DNA of 64,000 bases from assembly GCF_963675065.2 (NCBI RefSeq), contig NZ_CAXXLR010000001.1:56550-120549 (forward strand). The letters are read 5' to 3'. The notes below the pieces were generated by a model. It was not told the origin of the DNA. It saw only the letters and a list, made by a program, of their open reading frames with translations, and did not search any database. The DNA comes from an uncultured Draconibacterium sp. (GTDB taxonomy: Bacteria; Bacteroidota; Bacteroidia; Bacteroidales; Prolixibacteraceae). Both the position numbers and the translations under genes were made by a program. Shown here one piece after another: positions 1-8,857 of this stretch (within the stretch, counting starts at the first letter, position 1; each line of letters opens with the position of its first letter).

Positions 1-164
1 AAGAACAGGGAATAACAACCTTGTATACAATGGCCCGGCTAAATTCCATAGGAATGACAAAAACTTTCCTGAAGATGGATTATTGTTATTCGGGAACATT
101 GATAAAGAACACGCACATTGCCGGAAAAATTGAAAGTTTGAACATTTTATATAAACATATCTAA
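1..164 (+). CDS. ablB: 3' end of putative beta-lysine N6-acetyltransferase (AblB/YodP-like GNAT), partial
   Basis: Frame-3 translation EQGITTLYTMARLNSIGMTKTFLKMDYCYSGTLIKNTHIAGKIESLNILYKHI* matches the AblB C-terminal pattern (YT.AR..S.GM...F....Y...GTL.NNT.I.G.IES.N.WYK); stop at 162-164; not in the ORF track. Confidence 0.75.
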   Translation, partial: EQGITTLYTMARLNSIGMTKTFLKMDYCYSGTLIKNTHIAGKIESLNILYKHI

Positions 165-165
165 T

Positions 166-345
166 ATGAACCTGGGATACCGATGTCATTTTGCTAAAAC
201 CTGCCCGCTCTACAAAGGAGAGGAGAAAACAAAGGATATGCCTTTGCTACTTTTTAGAAACGTGTTTTGTAACCGTGGAATGAAAGGATGGAAAAACTGT
301 AGCAGATTCAACGAATTGACTGAGCAGGAAAATCAGAAAGAATAA
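166..345 (+). CDS. Small 59-aa Cys-rich protein
   Basis: ATG 166 directly after the ablB stop; MNLGYRCHFAKTCPLYKG...VFCNRGMKGWKNCSRFNE..., four Cys; below the ORF-track cutoff. Confidence 0.7.
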   Translation: MNLGYRCHFAKTCPLYKGEEKTKDMPLLLFRNVFCNRGMKGWKNCSRFNELTEQENQKE

Positions 346-361
346 TCAGTTTAAAGAATTT

Positions 362-586
362 ATGAGTAGAAAAACAATTGAAATTCAGGAAATCAGTAAC
401 CAATTAGAAAAAGACATTTTAAAACTTTTAGAAGAAAAAGAAGAATGCGTTTACGGCGATATCATCAAAGACCTCAAACTCTCGGCCAGAAAAGGCCAGG
501 AGTTAATTTATTCCCTTATTAATAAGGGTTTTGTAAAACGCATTGATCAATCATCTTACCTTAAACTTAATGTTGATATTAAATAA
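362..586 (+). CDS. Small winged-helix DNA-binding protein
   Basis: 74 aa with wHTH-like pattern (YGDIIKDLKLS...ELIYSLINKGFV); stop overlaps the next start. Confidence 0.65.
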   Translation: MSRKTIEIQEISNQLEKDILKLLEEKEECVYGDIIKDLKLSARKGQELIYSLINKGFVKRIDQSSYLKLNVDIK

Positions 587-2010
587 TGGGGTGGATTGAT
601 CTCTCTATTTTTTGCGTATACCTGTTGTCAATGCTTGGTGTAGGTGTTTATTTTCTGCGCAAAAACAAAAATACAGACGACTATTTTGTTGGTGGACGTA
701 AACTAAGTAGTATTCACATTGGCTTATCGGTGGTAGCTACCGATGTTGGCGGAGGTTTTTCCATCGGATTGGGCGGATTGGGTTTTACCATGGGATTATC
801 GGGCAGCTGGTTACTGTTTACCGGTTTGCTGGGTGCCTGGCTTAGTGGTGTTCTGCTCATTCCTAAGGTTTCGGGGCTGGCACGCCGAAAAGGATTCCTG
901 TCTTTTCCCCAGTTCCTCGAACATGTTTTCGATAAAAGAGTAGCCCTCATTGCCGGATTAATTTCGGCTATCGGGTACCTGGGCTTTACCAGTTCGCAAA
1001 TTCTGGCTGGAGCCAAACTGGCATCTTCTACTTTCGATGGGCTTAGCATCGACAACGCCTTGTTAATAATGGGAACGATTGCCATTGTTTACACCGTTCT
1101 GGGTGGTTTAAAAGCGGTTATTTACACCGATACTATCCAATGGATAATTCTTATGGCCGGGCTGATATTTGTTGGCCTGCCTTTCGCTTATACCAGTATT
1201 GGAGGTTACGAAGCCATTGCAGAAACACTACCGGCGGAGTTTTTATCGCTGCGCAATGTAAGCTGGCAGCAAATTGTTAACTGGATGTTTACCATTATCC
1301 CAATATGGTTTATCGGGATGACACTCTATCAGCGAATTTACGCAGCAAAAAATACACAAACAGCACAACGCGGCTGGTTTATTGCCGGGCTGTTTGAATA
1401 CCCGTTAATGGCATTTATCGGAGTAGTTTTAGGCATGTTTGCACGTGTGGCAATGGAGAATCATTTGCTACCAGGCTATAACGCTGCCAACCTCGATGCA
1501 GAAATGGGACTTCCGGTATTATTAAAAACCGTACTTCCGGTAGGTTTTCTGGGAATTGTATTATCGGCCTACTTTTCGGCCATCATGTCAACTGCCGACA
1601 GCTGTTTAATGGCTGCATCGGGTAACTTGTTAACCGATGTATTTCGCCTGCACAACGGAAGAAGAAGCTTACTTCTTTCGCAGTTGTTGACCTTAATAAT
1701 TGGATCAATCGCCTTGTTACTGGCTTTAAAAATGACCAGTGTTCTGGATCTAATGCTCCACTCCTACTCGTTTATGGTTTCAGGAATGATCATTCCGGTG
1801 CTTGCCGCTTTATTTTCTAAAAATCCGAATAAAGTTGCAGCACTTTTATCCATGCTTACCGGAGGCTCGTTAACGCTGTTCCTCATTCTGTCGGGATTAA
1901 AACTTCCGCTGGAACTGGATGCCAATATCTTTGGAATAGGAGGTTCGCTATTGGTTTATGTCCTTGTAGCATCAGTAAAAAAAGAGAGGACAATAAGGAT
2001 AAAAGTTTAG
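586..2010 (+). CDS. Sodium:solute symporter (SSS/PutP family)
   Basis: About 13 TM segments; DDYFVGGR, GGLKAVIYTDTIQ and AIMSTADS SSS motifs. Confidence 0.9.
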   Translation: MGWIDLSIFCVYLLSMLGVGVYFLRKNKNTDDYFVGGRKLSSIHIGLSVVATDVGGGFSIGLGGLGFTMGLSGSWLLFTGLLGAWLSGVLLIPKVSGLARRKGFLSFPQFLEHVFDKRVALIAGLISAIGYLGFTSSQILAGAKLASSTFDGLSIDNALLIMGTIAIVYTVLGGLKAVIYTDTIQWIILMAGLIFVGLPFAYTSIGGYEAIAETLPAEFLSLRNVSWQQIVNWMFTIIPIWFIGMTLYQRIYAAKNTQTAQRGWFIAGLFEYPLMAFIGVVLGMFARVAMENHLLPGYNAANLDAEMGLPVLLKTVLPVGFLGIVLSAYFSAIMSTADSCLMAASGNLLTDVFRLHNGRRSLLLSQLLTLIIGSIALLLALKMTSVLDLMLHSYSFMVSGMIIPVLAALFSKNPNKVAALLSMLTGGSLTLFLILSGLKLPLELDANIFGIGGSLLVYVLVASVKKERTIRIKV

Positions 2011-2060
2011 TGATAAAATTCTATTAATCGGGAAAGAAAAACCTCAAACAATACGCAATA

Positions 2061-2092
2061 AAAAAAGGTGTTACAAATTGTAGCTCCTTTTT
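2061..2092. terminator. Intrinsic terminator hairpin, probably bidirectional; resembles the hairpin after tRNA-Arg
   Basis: aaaaaaggtgttaca-aat-tgtagctccttttt; compare aaaaggcgtttacaaaattgtaaacgcctttt at ~54260-54291. Confidence 0.7.
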
Positions 2093-2099
2093 GCTTTTC

Positions 2100-2144
2100 T
2101 GGTGCATCTGAAAGGACCGCACCAACCTCCTGATCCGTAGTCAG
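2100..2144 (-). pseudogene. Degenerate tRNA-Arg(ACG) 3' half (att-like remnant)
   Basis: Reverse complement CTGA-CTACGGA-TCAGG-AGGTT...CCTTT-CAGATGC-A-CCA: anticodon loop, variable region, damaged T arm (4 nt shorter than in the intact tRNA), acceptor strand and CCA. Confidence 0.7.
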
Positions 2145-2239
2145 AATAAATTATGTTTCATGAAATTACAGCAATGAAAATCCATGTTGTGTAGACATAT
2201 TTCGTATGATGGTCGTCGAATATACGATAACAATTAATC

Positions 2240-2264
2240 CACTTTAAACATTACCTTTAAAAAG
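2240..2264 (+). promoter_or_regulatory. Promoter of GH130 copy 1 (-7-like TACCTTTA), shared with copy 2
   Basis: cactttaaacattacctttaaaaag; 23/25 identical to 36324-36348. Confidence 0.6.
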
Positions 2265-2281
2265 TTTAAAATGTATAATTT

Positions 2282-3751
2282 ATGAAGGTAGCAGTAAACA
2301 GGAAGGACATAAAATTTATACCGGATTCATCGAGGGTAATTGCACGGTTTCTTTATACCGGTGATGAAAGGGCGCTAAACACCATTCGCGCAGTGATTGA
2401 AATGTCCGAAAAGTCGGTATTACAGGTGTTAAGTCCTGTATTGAGAGATTACTCGCTACGGCATCGGAATATCTCCAAGATATTTGAGAAGCATTTTAAT
2501 AGGGTCGCTCATCTACTGGAACGGTTAAATGTTGGGACTGATTCGCTTAGCACGTCCACAAAAATACTTATTGGCTCCTATTTTACCATGGAGTATTCGA
2601 TTGAATCCGCTGCATTTTTTAATCCTTCGATTGTCGAACATCCCGATCAGTCGGAAACCGGCCCGGATGAGAAAAGAGTAATCTTTAGTTTCAGAGCCAC
2701 TGGTGAAGGACACATATCGTCCATTGTTTTCCGCACTGGCGTGCTGGATAAAGACAATAATCTATCCATTGAACCGGTTGGGAAGATGTTGGAAGAAGCG
2801 GAGCACATCCGGCGACATGTCTATGAAAAGAAGTCATTCAAAAAGAAATTAAGCGAGATGAAGGATGTGCATGCGATTATCCCCTCCGACTTAATTCTTG
2901 ATAGGCTAAAAGATACATTTACCTATGACGAACTGCGCGATTGTATACAAGAGGCAAGAAAATCGGTGCATCTTACCGAAGAAAAAGAAGCATTATTTAA
3001 TCAGATTATTTGGTTGGCCTCGTCGCATTACGAACTGGACTTTTCGCTGGATACTAACATTTCAGAACGGGTAATTTTCCCGGTTTCGGCCAACGAAAGA
3101 AATGGGATTGAAGATGCGCGCTTTGTAAAATTTGTTGATGATGACGGAAAGATCAGTTATTATGCAACATATACTGCGTATGACGGTACTACTGTGATGC
3201 CAAAAATGATCGACACCACTGATTTTTACCATTTTCGGATTTTGCCGCTTCATGGAGAAATTGCCCAAAACAAAGGGATGGCGCTTTTCCCACGAAAAGT
3301 GAATGGCAAATATGCCATGCTTTGCAGGTTGGATGGTTTCAATAATTACATTGCCTTTTCAGATAATATTTCAGTTTGGCGCAACGCAAAATTGCTGCAA
3401 CAACCTAAATTCCCATGGGAGTTTATCCAGATAGGAAATTGCGGTTCGCCTATTGAAACATCCGAGGGCTGGTTGGTGATAACCCATGGAGTGGGTCCGA
3501 TGCGCGAATATGCGCTCGGGGCATCGCTGTTCGATCTTGAAAATCCGGAAAAAGAAATTGGCCGTTTGGAATCTCCTTTGCTGATGCCCAATGCCGAAGA
3601 ACGCGAAGGATATGTACCCAATGTGGTTTATTCCTGTGGTTCGATCATTCATAACGGTGAATTGATTATACCTTATGCCATGTCTGATTATGCATCTACT
3701 TATGCAACGGTCAATTTACAAGAACTATTAAATGAATTGAAAAGCTCATGA
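2282..3751 (+). CDS. Glycoside hydrolase family 130-like protein with N-terminal extension (copy 1)
   Basis: GIEDARF, YATYTAYDG, NKGMALFP, HGVG and YVPNVVYSCG five-blade propeller motifs. Confidence 0.85.
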   Translation: MKVAVNRKDIKFIPDSSRVIARFLYTGDERALNTIRAVIEMSEKSVLQVLSPVLRDYSLRHRNISKIFEKHFNRVAHLLERLNVGTDSLSTSTKILIGSYFTMEYSIESAAFFNPSIVEHPDQSETGPDEKRVIFSFRATGEGHISSIVFRTGVLDKDNNLSIEPVGKMLEEAEHIRRHVYEKKSFKKKLSEMKDVHAIIPSDLILDRLKDTFTYDELRDCIQEARKSVHLTEEKEALFNQIIWLASSHYELDFSLDTNISERVIFPVSANERNGIEDARFVKFVDDDGKISYYATYTAYDGTTVMPKMIDTTDFYHFRILPLHGEIAQNKGMALFPRKVNGKYAMLCRLDGFNNYIAFSDNISVWRNAKLLQQPKFPWEFIQIGNCGSPIETSEGWLVITHGVGPMREYALGASLFDLENPEKEIGRLESPLLMPNAEEREGYVPNVVYSCGSIIHNGELIIPYAMSDYASTYATVNLQELLNELKSS

Positions 3752-3754
3752 AAA

Positions 3755-4399
3755 ATGGGTAATTCTATAGAAACTGACAAGCAGAGGGGTCTTGAGATTG
3801 CTGCAGTAATTGCAACCGGTTTGCTAAAACATGTTTTTATGGACTGGTTAAACCTGCGGGCATTCTATATTGGTGTTGCCTGTATTTTTTGGTCGGTATA
3901 TATTTACAAAAGATACCGGAAAAACAAACAGATCCTCCAGCAGTGGGGCTTTCGTAAAAATCATTTTAATCAATCGTTTCTTTTTCTTACACCTTTCGCC
4001 TTACTGATGACTGCAGCCATCGTTTGGTATGGCGTTACTCACAATGCTGTCTTTCTTAACTGGCATGTCATTCCCGTTTTTATTTTTTATCCGGTGTGGG
4101 GATTCATTCAGCAGTTTTTAATGCTGTCGCTGTTTGCCGGAAATTTAATGTCCACCAGCACGATAAAACGCAGTAAAATTCAGATTATCCTGCTCACTTC
4201 CGTGTTATTTGCCTTGATTCATTATCCCAGCCTCCCGCTAATGGTTTTTGCTTTTTTAATGGAACTGATGTTTGCATTTGCTTTTTTTAAGTGGCGAAAT
4301 CTTTGGGCTTTGGGGCTTTACCACGGATGGGTGGCGAGTTTGCTTTTATTTTTCGTGTTGGGCAGGGAGCTATGGAGTGAGCTATGGACAATTTTATGA
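3755..4399 (+). CDS. CPBP/Abi (CAAX protease-like) membrane protein
   Basis: Multi-TM; FALIH and LYHG motifs; QQ in place of the usual EE. Confidence 0.6.
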   Translation: MGNSIETDKQRGLEIAAVIATGLLKHVFMDWLNLRAFYIGVACIFWSVYIYKRYRKNKQILQQWGFRKNHFNQSFLFLTPFALLMTAAIVWYGVTHNAVFLNWHVIPVFIFYPVWGFIQQFLMLSLFAGNLMSTSTIKRSKIQIILLTSVLFALIHYPSLPLMVFAFLMELMFAFAFFKWRNLWALGLYHGWVASLLLFFVLGRELWSELWTIL

Positions 4400-4403
4400 A
4401 ATT

Positions 4404-5129
4404 TCAGATATGAAAAAAGCGTTTCAGATCGGTTGCTTTTTTTAACCGGTAGTGAATATAGAACAAAGGTAGGCTAACAAACAAAAAGGACACCATCACA
4501 ATCAGGCTCCATCCAAAAAGCATTGAGCCCCGTGTATAAACGGATATGATTCCTTCGATACAAACACATAACAGCCCTGCTGCAATCATCGAGTAAGCGA
4601 TAATATTCAGCCCTTTCTGCTTTGCTTTACGGATAAAAAATACCAACAGAAAAACAGTTAAGTAGGCTACCAAAATGATGGGAATTCCCAACTTTATCTC
4701 CCAGGCAGTGCCGCCGGCATAAACATCGAACAGCATAAAAAGGCCAGCTGCCGACAAAAAACTGATGCCGCCCGCGAGTATAAATTTTTTGTGTAAAAAT
4801 GTGTTCAACGTAAAATTAACAACTAAAACAAGACTCACGGTGGCTGGGTATCTCGACCATGTGATACTTTGATTTCCAATAAAATCAACAAGCAACGTGA
4901 TGATTATACCGGAAATGAGAATTAGTCCTGATATTTGCCAAAAAATTATTCTTTTTTGACGGCCGGTTAACTGCTGGTATTCGGTGAGCCGTTTTTCTCC
5001 CCTCCCTTGTTTCCCCGATTTTATGAAAGTCTTGTTATCGGTGATACTATCAAGGAGCGGTTCACCACATAATGAGCAATAAATGGCATTCTCTTCTGTC
5101 TCTACCCCGCAATTCGGACATTGTACCAT
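4404..5129 (-). CDS. Zinc-ribbon membrane protein (DUF6320-like)
   Basis: N-terminal CPNC...CSLC followed by about 5 TM helices. Confidence 0.7.
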   Translation of the reverse strand: MVQCPNCGVETEENAIYCSLCGEPLLDSITDNKTFIKSGKQGRGEKRLTEYQQLTGRQKRIIFWQISGLILISGIIITLLVDFIGNQSITWSRYPATVSLVLVVNFTLNTFLHKKFILAGGISFLSAAGLFMLFDVYAGGTAWEIKLGIPIILVAYLTVFLLVFFIRKAKQKGLNIIAYSMIAAGLLCVCIEGIISVYTRGSMLFGWSLIVMVSFLFVSLPLFYIHYRLKKATDLKRFFHI

Positions 5130-5138
5130 AACCTTTAA

Positions 5139-6437
5139 TTAATTAGTTTTTAATTCAACCGGAACTTCTTGTTGTCGCAAAAATTGCAGAAACTTTTCTT
5201 CAAATTCCCCGGAAAGTGTAATGTTGCCAAAACTCAACGTCAGGATATTTCCAAACGCGACCACGCCACAATTAATTTTCAGCATTTTGTTGGGCGGAGG
5301 TGGTGTTATTACAAAATAATCGATCATTTGACCGGTTTCATCAGGTAAATCTATTTTCCCGAGGTTGGTAAGTACCCCGCTATACTGGCTTGTGCCCAGC
5401 GAGTAGTATTTCATTCGCAGGATCAAACTTTTAATAAATAACGGTATCCCCCTGATAAACAGTTTCCTTTCGCTTCCCACATTTCTCGATATATTTTTAT
5501 TGATCAACTTTTCATCCGTTTCAAGCTTCATCTGGTGATACACCGTTTTAACTATTTCATCAAAAGAATAATGGCCCAAACGCAAATCAATTTCAGGTAA
5601 CACAAACAACGAAAAATTCCGCTTGGTTTTCGACGGAAAAATGTTTCGCAAGTTTAAAGGAACCTGCACACGAAGCCTTTTTTGTTTCTTATATTTACTC
5701 AAGCCATTCATATCTTCATAGATTTCCTGTAAAACATACAGGTAAACTGATGTAAGATAAACGGTTAGGCTTACTCCTCTATATTGGGCAATCTCCTTTA
5801 TTTGTTTTAGCGGAACCATTGCGTAATGCCGTGTGAAACGGGGGCGTGACCTCAACGGATAAGGCAGGTGAAAAGCCTTCGACCGTTTTACCATCGGCGG
5901 AATTTCTGCCTTAAAATAGCGGTTGTAGGCATCTTCGTATTCCTCTTCCGGAATCTGATAATCTTTACCGCTAATCCGATATTCAGCAGGGACTTCAGCA
6001 CCACATTCGGCCGAATAAAGAATGAGGATAGTTTTGAAAAACTCAAGTGCCCCGGCGCCGTCTGTTAAAATGTGCGAACATTCAACACTGATATTGTTGT
6101 CCTTTACCAGTATTCGAATTAACAAACTTCCTTTTTGAAATTTCCTGCACAGAGGTTGCAGATCGGGCTCAACGGGAATATGTTGCGGAAGATGCTCTAG
6201 ATAATACCAGAAAAAACCTTCTTTAAGTTGAACCCTAAAAAACGGGAACCGTTCTTCAGCCTTCAAAGCTGCTTTTCGAAAGGATTTTATTTTAACAGAT
6301 TTTTTCAAGATGGCCGTCATCCTGAAAACGGCAGTATTATTTTCGTTGCTAATGGCAGGATATATTTTAGCAGCATTATCGAGTGCAAACCAAAATTTGC
6401 CCGAATTTGGTACGGTATTTCTGTTATCAGTATCCAA
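5139..6437 (-). CDS. CoA-dependent acyltransferase (alcohol acetyltransferase/condensation-like)
   Basis: WFALDNAAKIYP N-terminus and HxxxDG catalytic motif (SHILTDGAG). Confidence 0.75.
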   Translation of the reverse strand: MDTDNRNTVPNSGKFWFALDNAAKIYPAISNENNTAVFRMTAILKKSVKIKSFRKAALKAEERFPFFRVQLKEGFFWYYLEHLPQHIPVEPDLQPLCRKFQKGSLLIRILVKDNNISVECSHILTDGAGALEFFKTILILYSAECGAEVPAEYRISGKDYQIPEEEYEDAYNRYFKAEIPPMVKRSKAFHLPYPLRSRPRFTRHYAMVPLKQIKEIAQYRGVSLTVYLTSVYLYVLQEIYEDMNGLSKYKKQKRLRVQVPLNLRNIFPSKTKRNFSLFVLPEIDLRLGHYSFDEIVKTVYHQMKLETDEKLINKNISRNVGSERKLFIRGIPLFIKSLILRMKYYSLGTSQYSGVLTNLGKIDLPDETGQMIDYFVITPPPPNKMLKINCGVVAFGNILTLSFGNITLSGEFEEKFLQFLRQQEVPVELKTN

Positions 6438-6530
6438 ATAGTAGATCTTAGATTTTAAATTCTCCCCGTTAGTTGTTCAAATTTATGAATTAATCGCAAA
6501 CCAGGCTGTCATTTGTAAAGGTGACAATTA

Positions 6531-6548
6531 AATGTGTGAATGATGTAA
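6531..6548 (+). promoter_or_regulatory. Repeat box #1 (orphan; second half degenerate)
   Basis: Perfect AATGTGTGAATGATGTAA; no second box at +21; GATATTTG at 6589 is 3 bp closer than in intact copies. Confidence 0.6.
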
Positions 6549-6832
6549 CCTGGAAACGCATAATTTTATAGCCTGCTTTTGTAACCGGGATATTTGCATA
6601 ATAATTATCACCCAGATCAATTCAATTTTGGTATTTTTTGGCCTCAGCAAGCATCGTTTTTGGCTCTGTGCGAATCAACTAAATATGAATCATCCTGTTT
6701 CCAGTGATCTTCAAAAAATTTCAACAGCACATAAAAATTATCATAACTATTAATTTTAATTGTAAAAAGTATCTCTTAAGTTTATAGAAAAATTTGTCCT
6801 ATAGGTTTTTACGTTAAAAAATCAACAAAAAT

Positions 6833-7735
6833 ATGCTTAACAAAAAAAAGAAAATCGGATTTATTGGTCTTGGAGTAATGGGTAAACCAATGAGTCTAAA
6901 TCTAATTAAGGCCGGTTATTCATTAATGGTCTTTGACATTAACCAGGATTCAGTAAATGAAGTCGTTTCGCGTGGAGCCGAACGAGGCAACTCACCAAAC
7001 CACATTGGCGAGAGCTGCGAAATAATAATTACCATGCTTCCAAACTCACCTCAGGTTGAAACAGTAATTGCCGGTGAAAATGGTGTTATGGAAGGAGCTA
7101 AACCGGGTTCTGTCATTATTGACATGAGTTCCATTTCGCCGATTACTGCAACAAAAATTTCGGCAATTGCAGCCGAAAAGGGAGTTGAAATGATAGACGC
7201 ACCCGTTAGTGGTGGCGAGCCCAAAGCAATAGACGGTACTTTATCTATTATGGCTGGTGGAAAAGAAGATGTATTTGATTCAATAAAAGATATTCTTTTA
7301 TCGATGGGAGCTTCGGCAATTCTAATTGGAGAAATTGGAAGTGGAAATATTTGCAAACTTGCCAATCAGATTATGGTCGCATTACATTTAGCGGCGATGT
7401 CGGAAGCCATGGTTTTTGCTGAAAAAGCGGGAGTAGATGCTGAAAAAGTTTTTCAAGCGATTCGTGGAGGTTTGGCTGGCAGCACTGTACTGGATGCCAA
7501 AATTCCATTAATTCTTGATCGTAATTTTAAACCAGGTGGTCCAATCCGAATGCATACAAAAGATCTTTTAAATGTTCGGGATACTGCACTCGAAATTGAT
7601 GCGCCCATTCCTTTAACAACCCAGGTTATGGAATTTATGAAAGCTTTAAAAGCAGACGGAAAACAGGAAGATGATCACGGTGGAATTATCCAGTATTGGG
7701 AGAAACTGGCACATGTAGAAGTGAAAAAGAAATAA
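6833..7735 (+). CDS. garR: 2-hydroxy-3-oxopropionate (tartronate semialdehyde) reductase, HIBADH family
   Basis: GFIGLGVMG, DAPVSGG, GNICKLANQ, GLAGSTVLDAK..LDRNFKPG. Confidence 0.8.
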   Translation: MLNKKKKIGFIGLGVMGKPMSLNLIKAGYSLMVFDINQDSVNEVVSRGAERGNSPNHIGESCEIIITMLPNSPQVETVIAGENGVMEGAKPGSVIIDMSSISPITATKISAIAAEKGVEMIDAPVSGGEPKAIDGTLSIMAGGKEDVFDSIKDILLSMGASAILIGEIGSGNICKLANQIMVALHLAAMSEAMVFAEKAGVDAEKVFQAIRGGLAGSTVLDAKIPLILDRNFKPGGPIRMHTKDLLNVRDTALEIDAPIPLTTQVMEFMKALKADGKQEDDHGGIIQYWEKLAHVEVKKK

Positions 7736-7739
7736 TATT

Positions 7740-7817
7740 TGTCATTTCGATGGTGGTACGACTTGGAAATCTGTTCTCTTATGAGCGATTTCTCCTCGTA
7801 CTCTCATCGAAATGACA
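7740..7817. repeat. REP/MITE-like palindromic element between convergent genes
   Basis: Perfect 11-bp terminal IR TGTCATTTCGA...TCGAAATGACA with internal GAAATC/GATTTC arms. Confidence 0.7.
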
Positions 7818-7829
7818 AGCTATATTATT

Positions 7830-8837
7830 CTAAAAATATAATGCAACCTCGTTCTTTTTCTGATTTGCACTTAATATATAATCTGTTTTTCCATCAGAGA
7901 AAACTTGTGTTTGTGTAGGTCCGGCATCCTCTTCAAGAACCTCGCGAATGAACTCTCCCTTAGCTAAATCTACGACTTTAAATTGATCAAGCGTAAAAGA
8001 TCCTCTTCGGTTTCCTACCATAATAATTGGCTTACCATTTACAAAACCACAACTTAATCCATGTCCAAAAGAAAGCGAGTTCGTGTATTTCAATTCCCAA
8101 CTGTTTGCGGTCTTTTTGTAAACATTTAATGTTTGCCCGTGAAAAGGTTCTATACATACCAGTTCTTCCTGTCCGTCTCCGTCTAAATCAATGAAACAAA
8201 ATTCACTTACTTCTTTATCAAACAAAGGCTTTTTAATCCATTTATCGCCCGCTTCTTGTTCAAAGTAAAAAATCCCTTCAGCTCCCGAAATACACAGGGT
8301 TTCTAATCCGTTAATTTTAGTACGTAACATACCGTGATTTCTTGTCAGGTTATTGTCAATAAGTTCTGATTGTAAGGGCAATTGAAAATCATCTTCCAAA
8401 CGAAATAAATGCATTTCTCCGGGTTTTGACCAGTCAGCCGGATTTTCTTTGTATTTACTAACCGAAGCAGCGAAAAGGTAATTTTTCCCGTCGCGGTTAA
8501 GAATTTCACAGCGGTGTGCAAAAGGTAAATCAAAAGCCTTTTTCGTAGTCCATTCGTTACCCGATTTGCGGTGCATAAAAACACCGGCTTCGGCTCCAAT
8601 AAAAGGAGGAAATAATCCCATTATAGAAAAGAAAAGATCGGAGCTTCCGGGCACTGGAATAAAACTCATTACTCCACCCGGACAACCGCTAACGAGGCTT
8701 GATTCACCTGTAGTGATATTATAGAGATAAACCTCGGGTAAAGTTTCCGAACCTGCACCAACAAAAAAATCTGAACCAATTTGAAAAGCATTTGCGGTAT
8801 AAACCGATTCAATATTAAGTATAACTTTCTTTTTCAT
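7830..8837 (-). CDS. Hypothetical beta-propeller (FG-GAP-like) protein
   Basis: DLDGDGQEELV motif and repeated His motifs FAHR, RNHG, PFHG, FGHG. Confidence 0.65.
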   Translation of the reverse strand: MKKKVILNIESVYTANAFQIGSDFFVGAGSETLPEVYLYNITTGESSLVSGCPGGVMSFIPVPGSSDLFFSIMGLFPPFIGAEAGVFMHRKSGNEWTTKKAFDLPFAHRCEILNRDGKNYLFAASVSKYKENPADWSKPGEMHLFRLEDDFQLPLQSELIDNNLTRNHGMLRTKINGLETLCISGAEGIFYFEQEAGDKWIKKPLFDKEVSEFCFIDLDGDGQEELVCIEPFHGQTLNVYKKTANSWELKYTNSLSFGHGLSCGFVNGKPIIMVGNRRGSFTLDQFKVVDLAKGEFIREVLEEDAGPTQTQVFSDGKTDYILSANQKKNEVALYF

Positions 8838-8857
8838 TTTATTTGATTTTTAACTTA

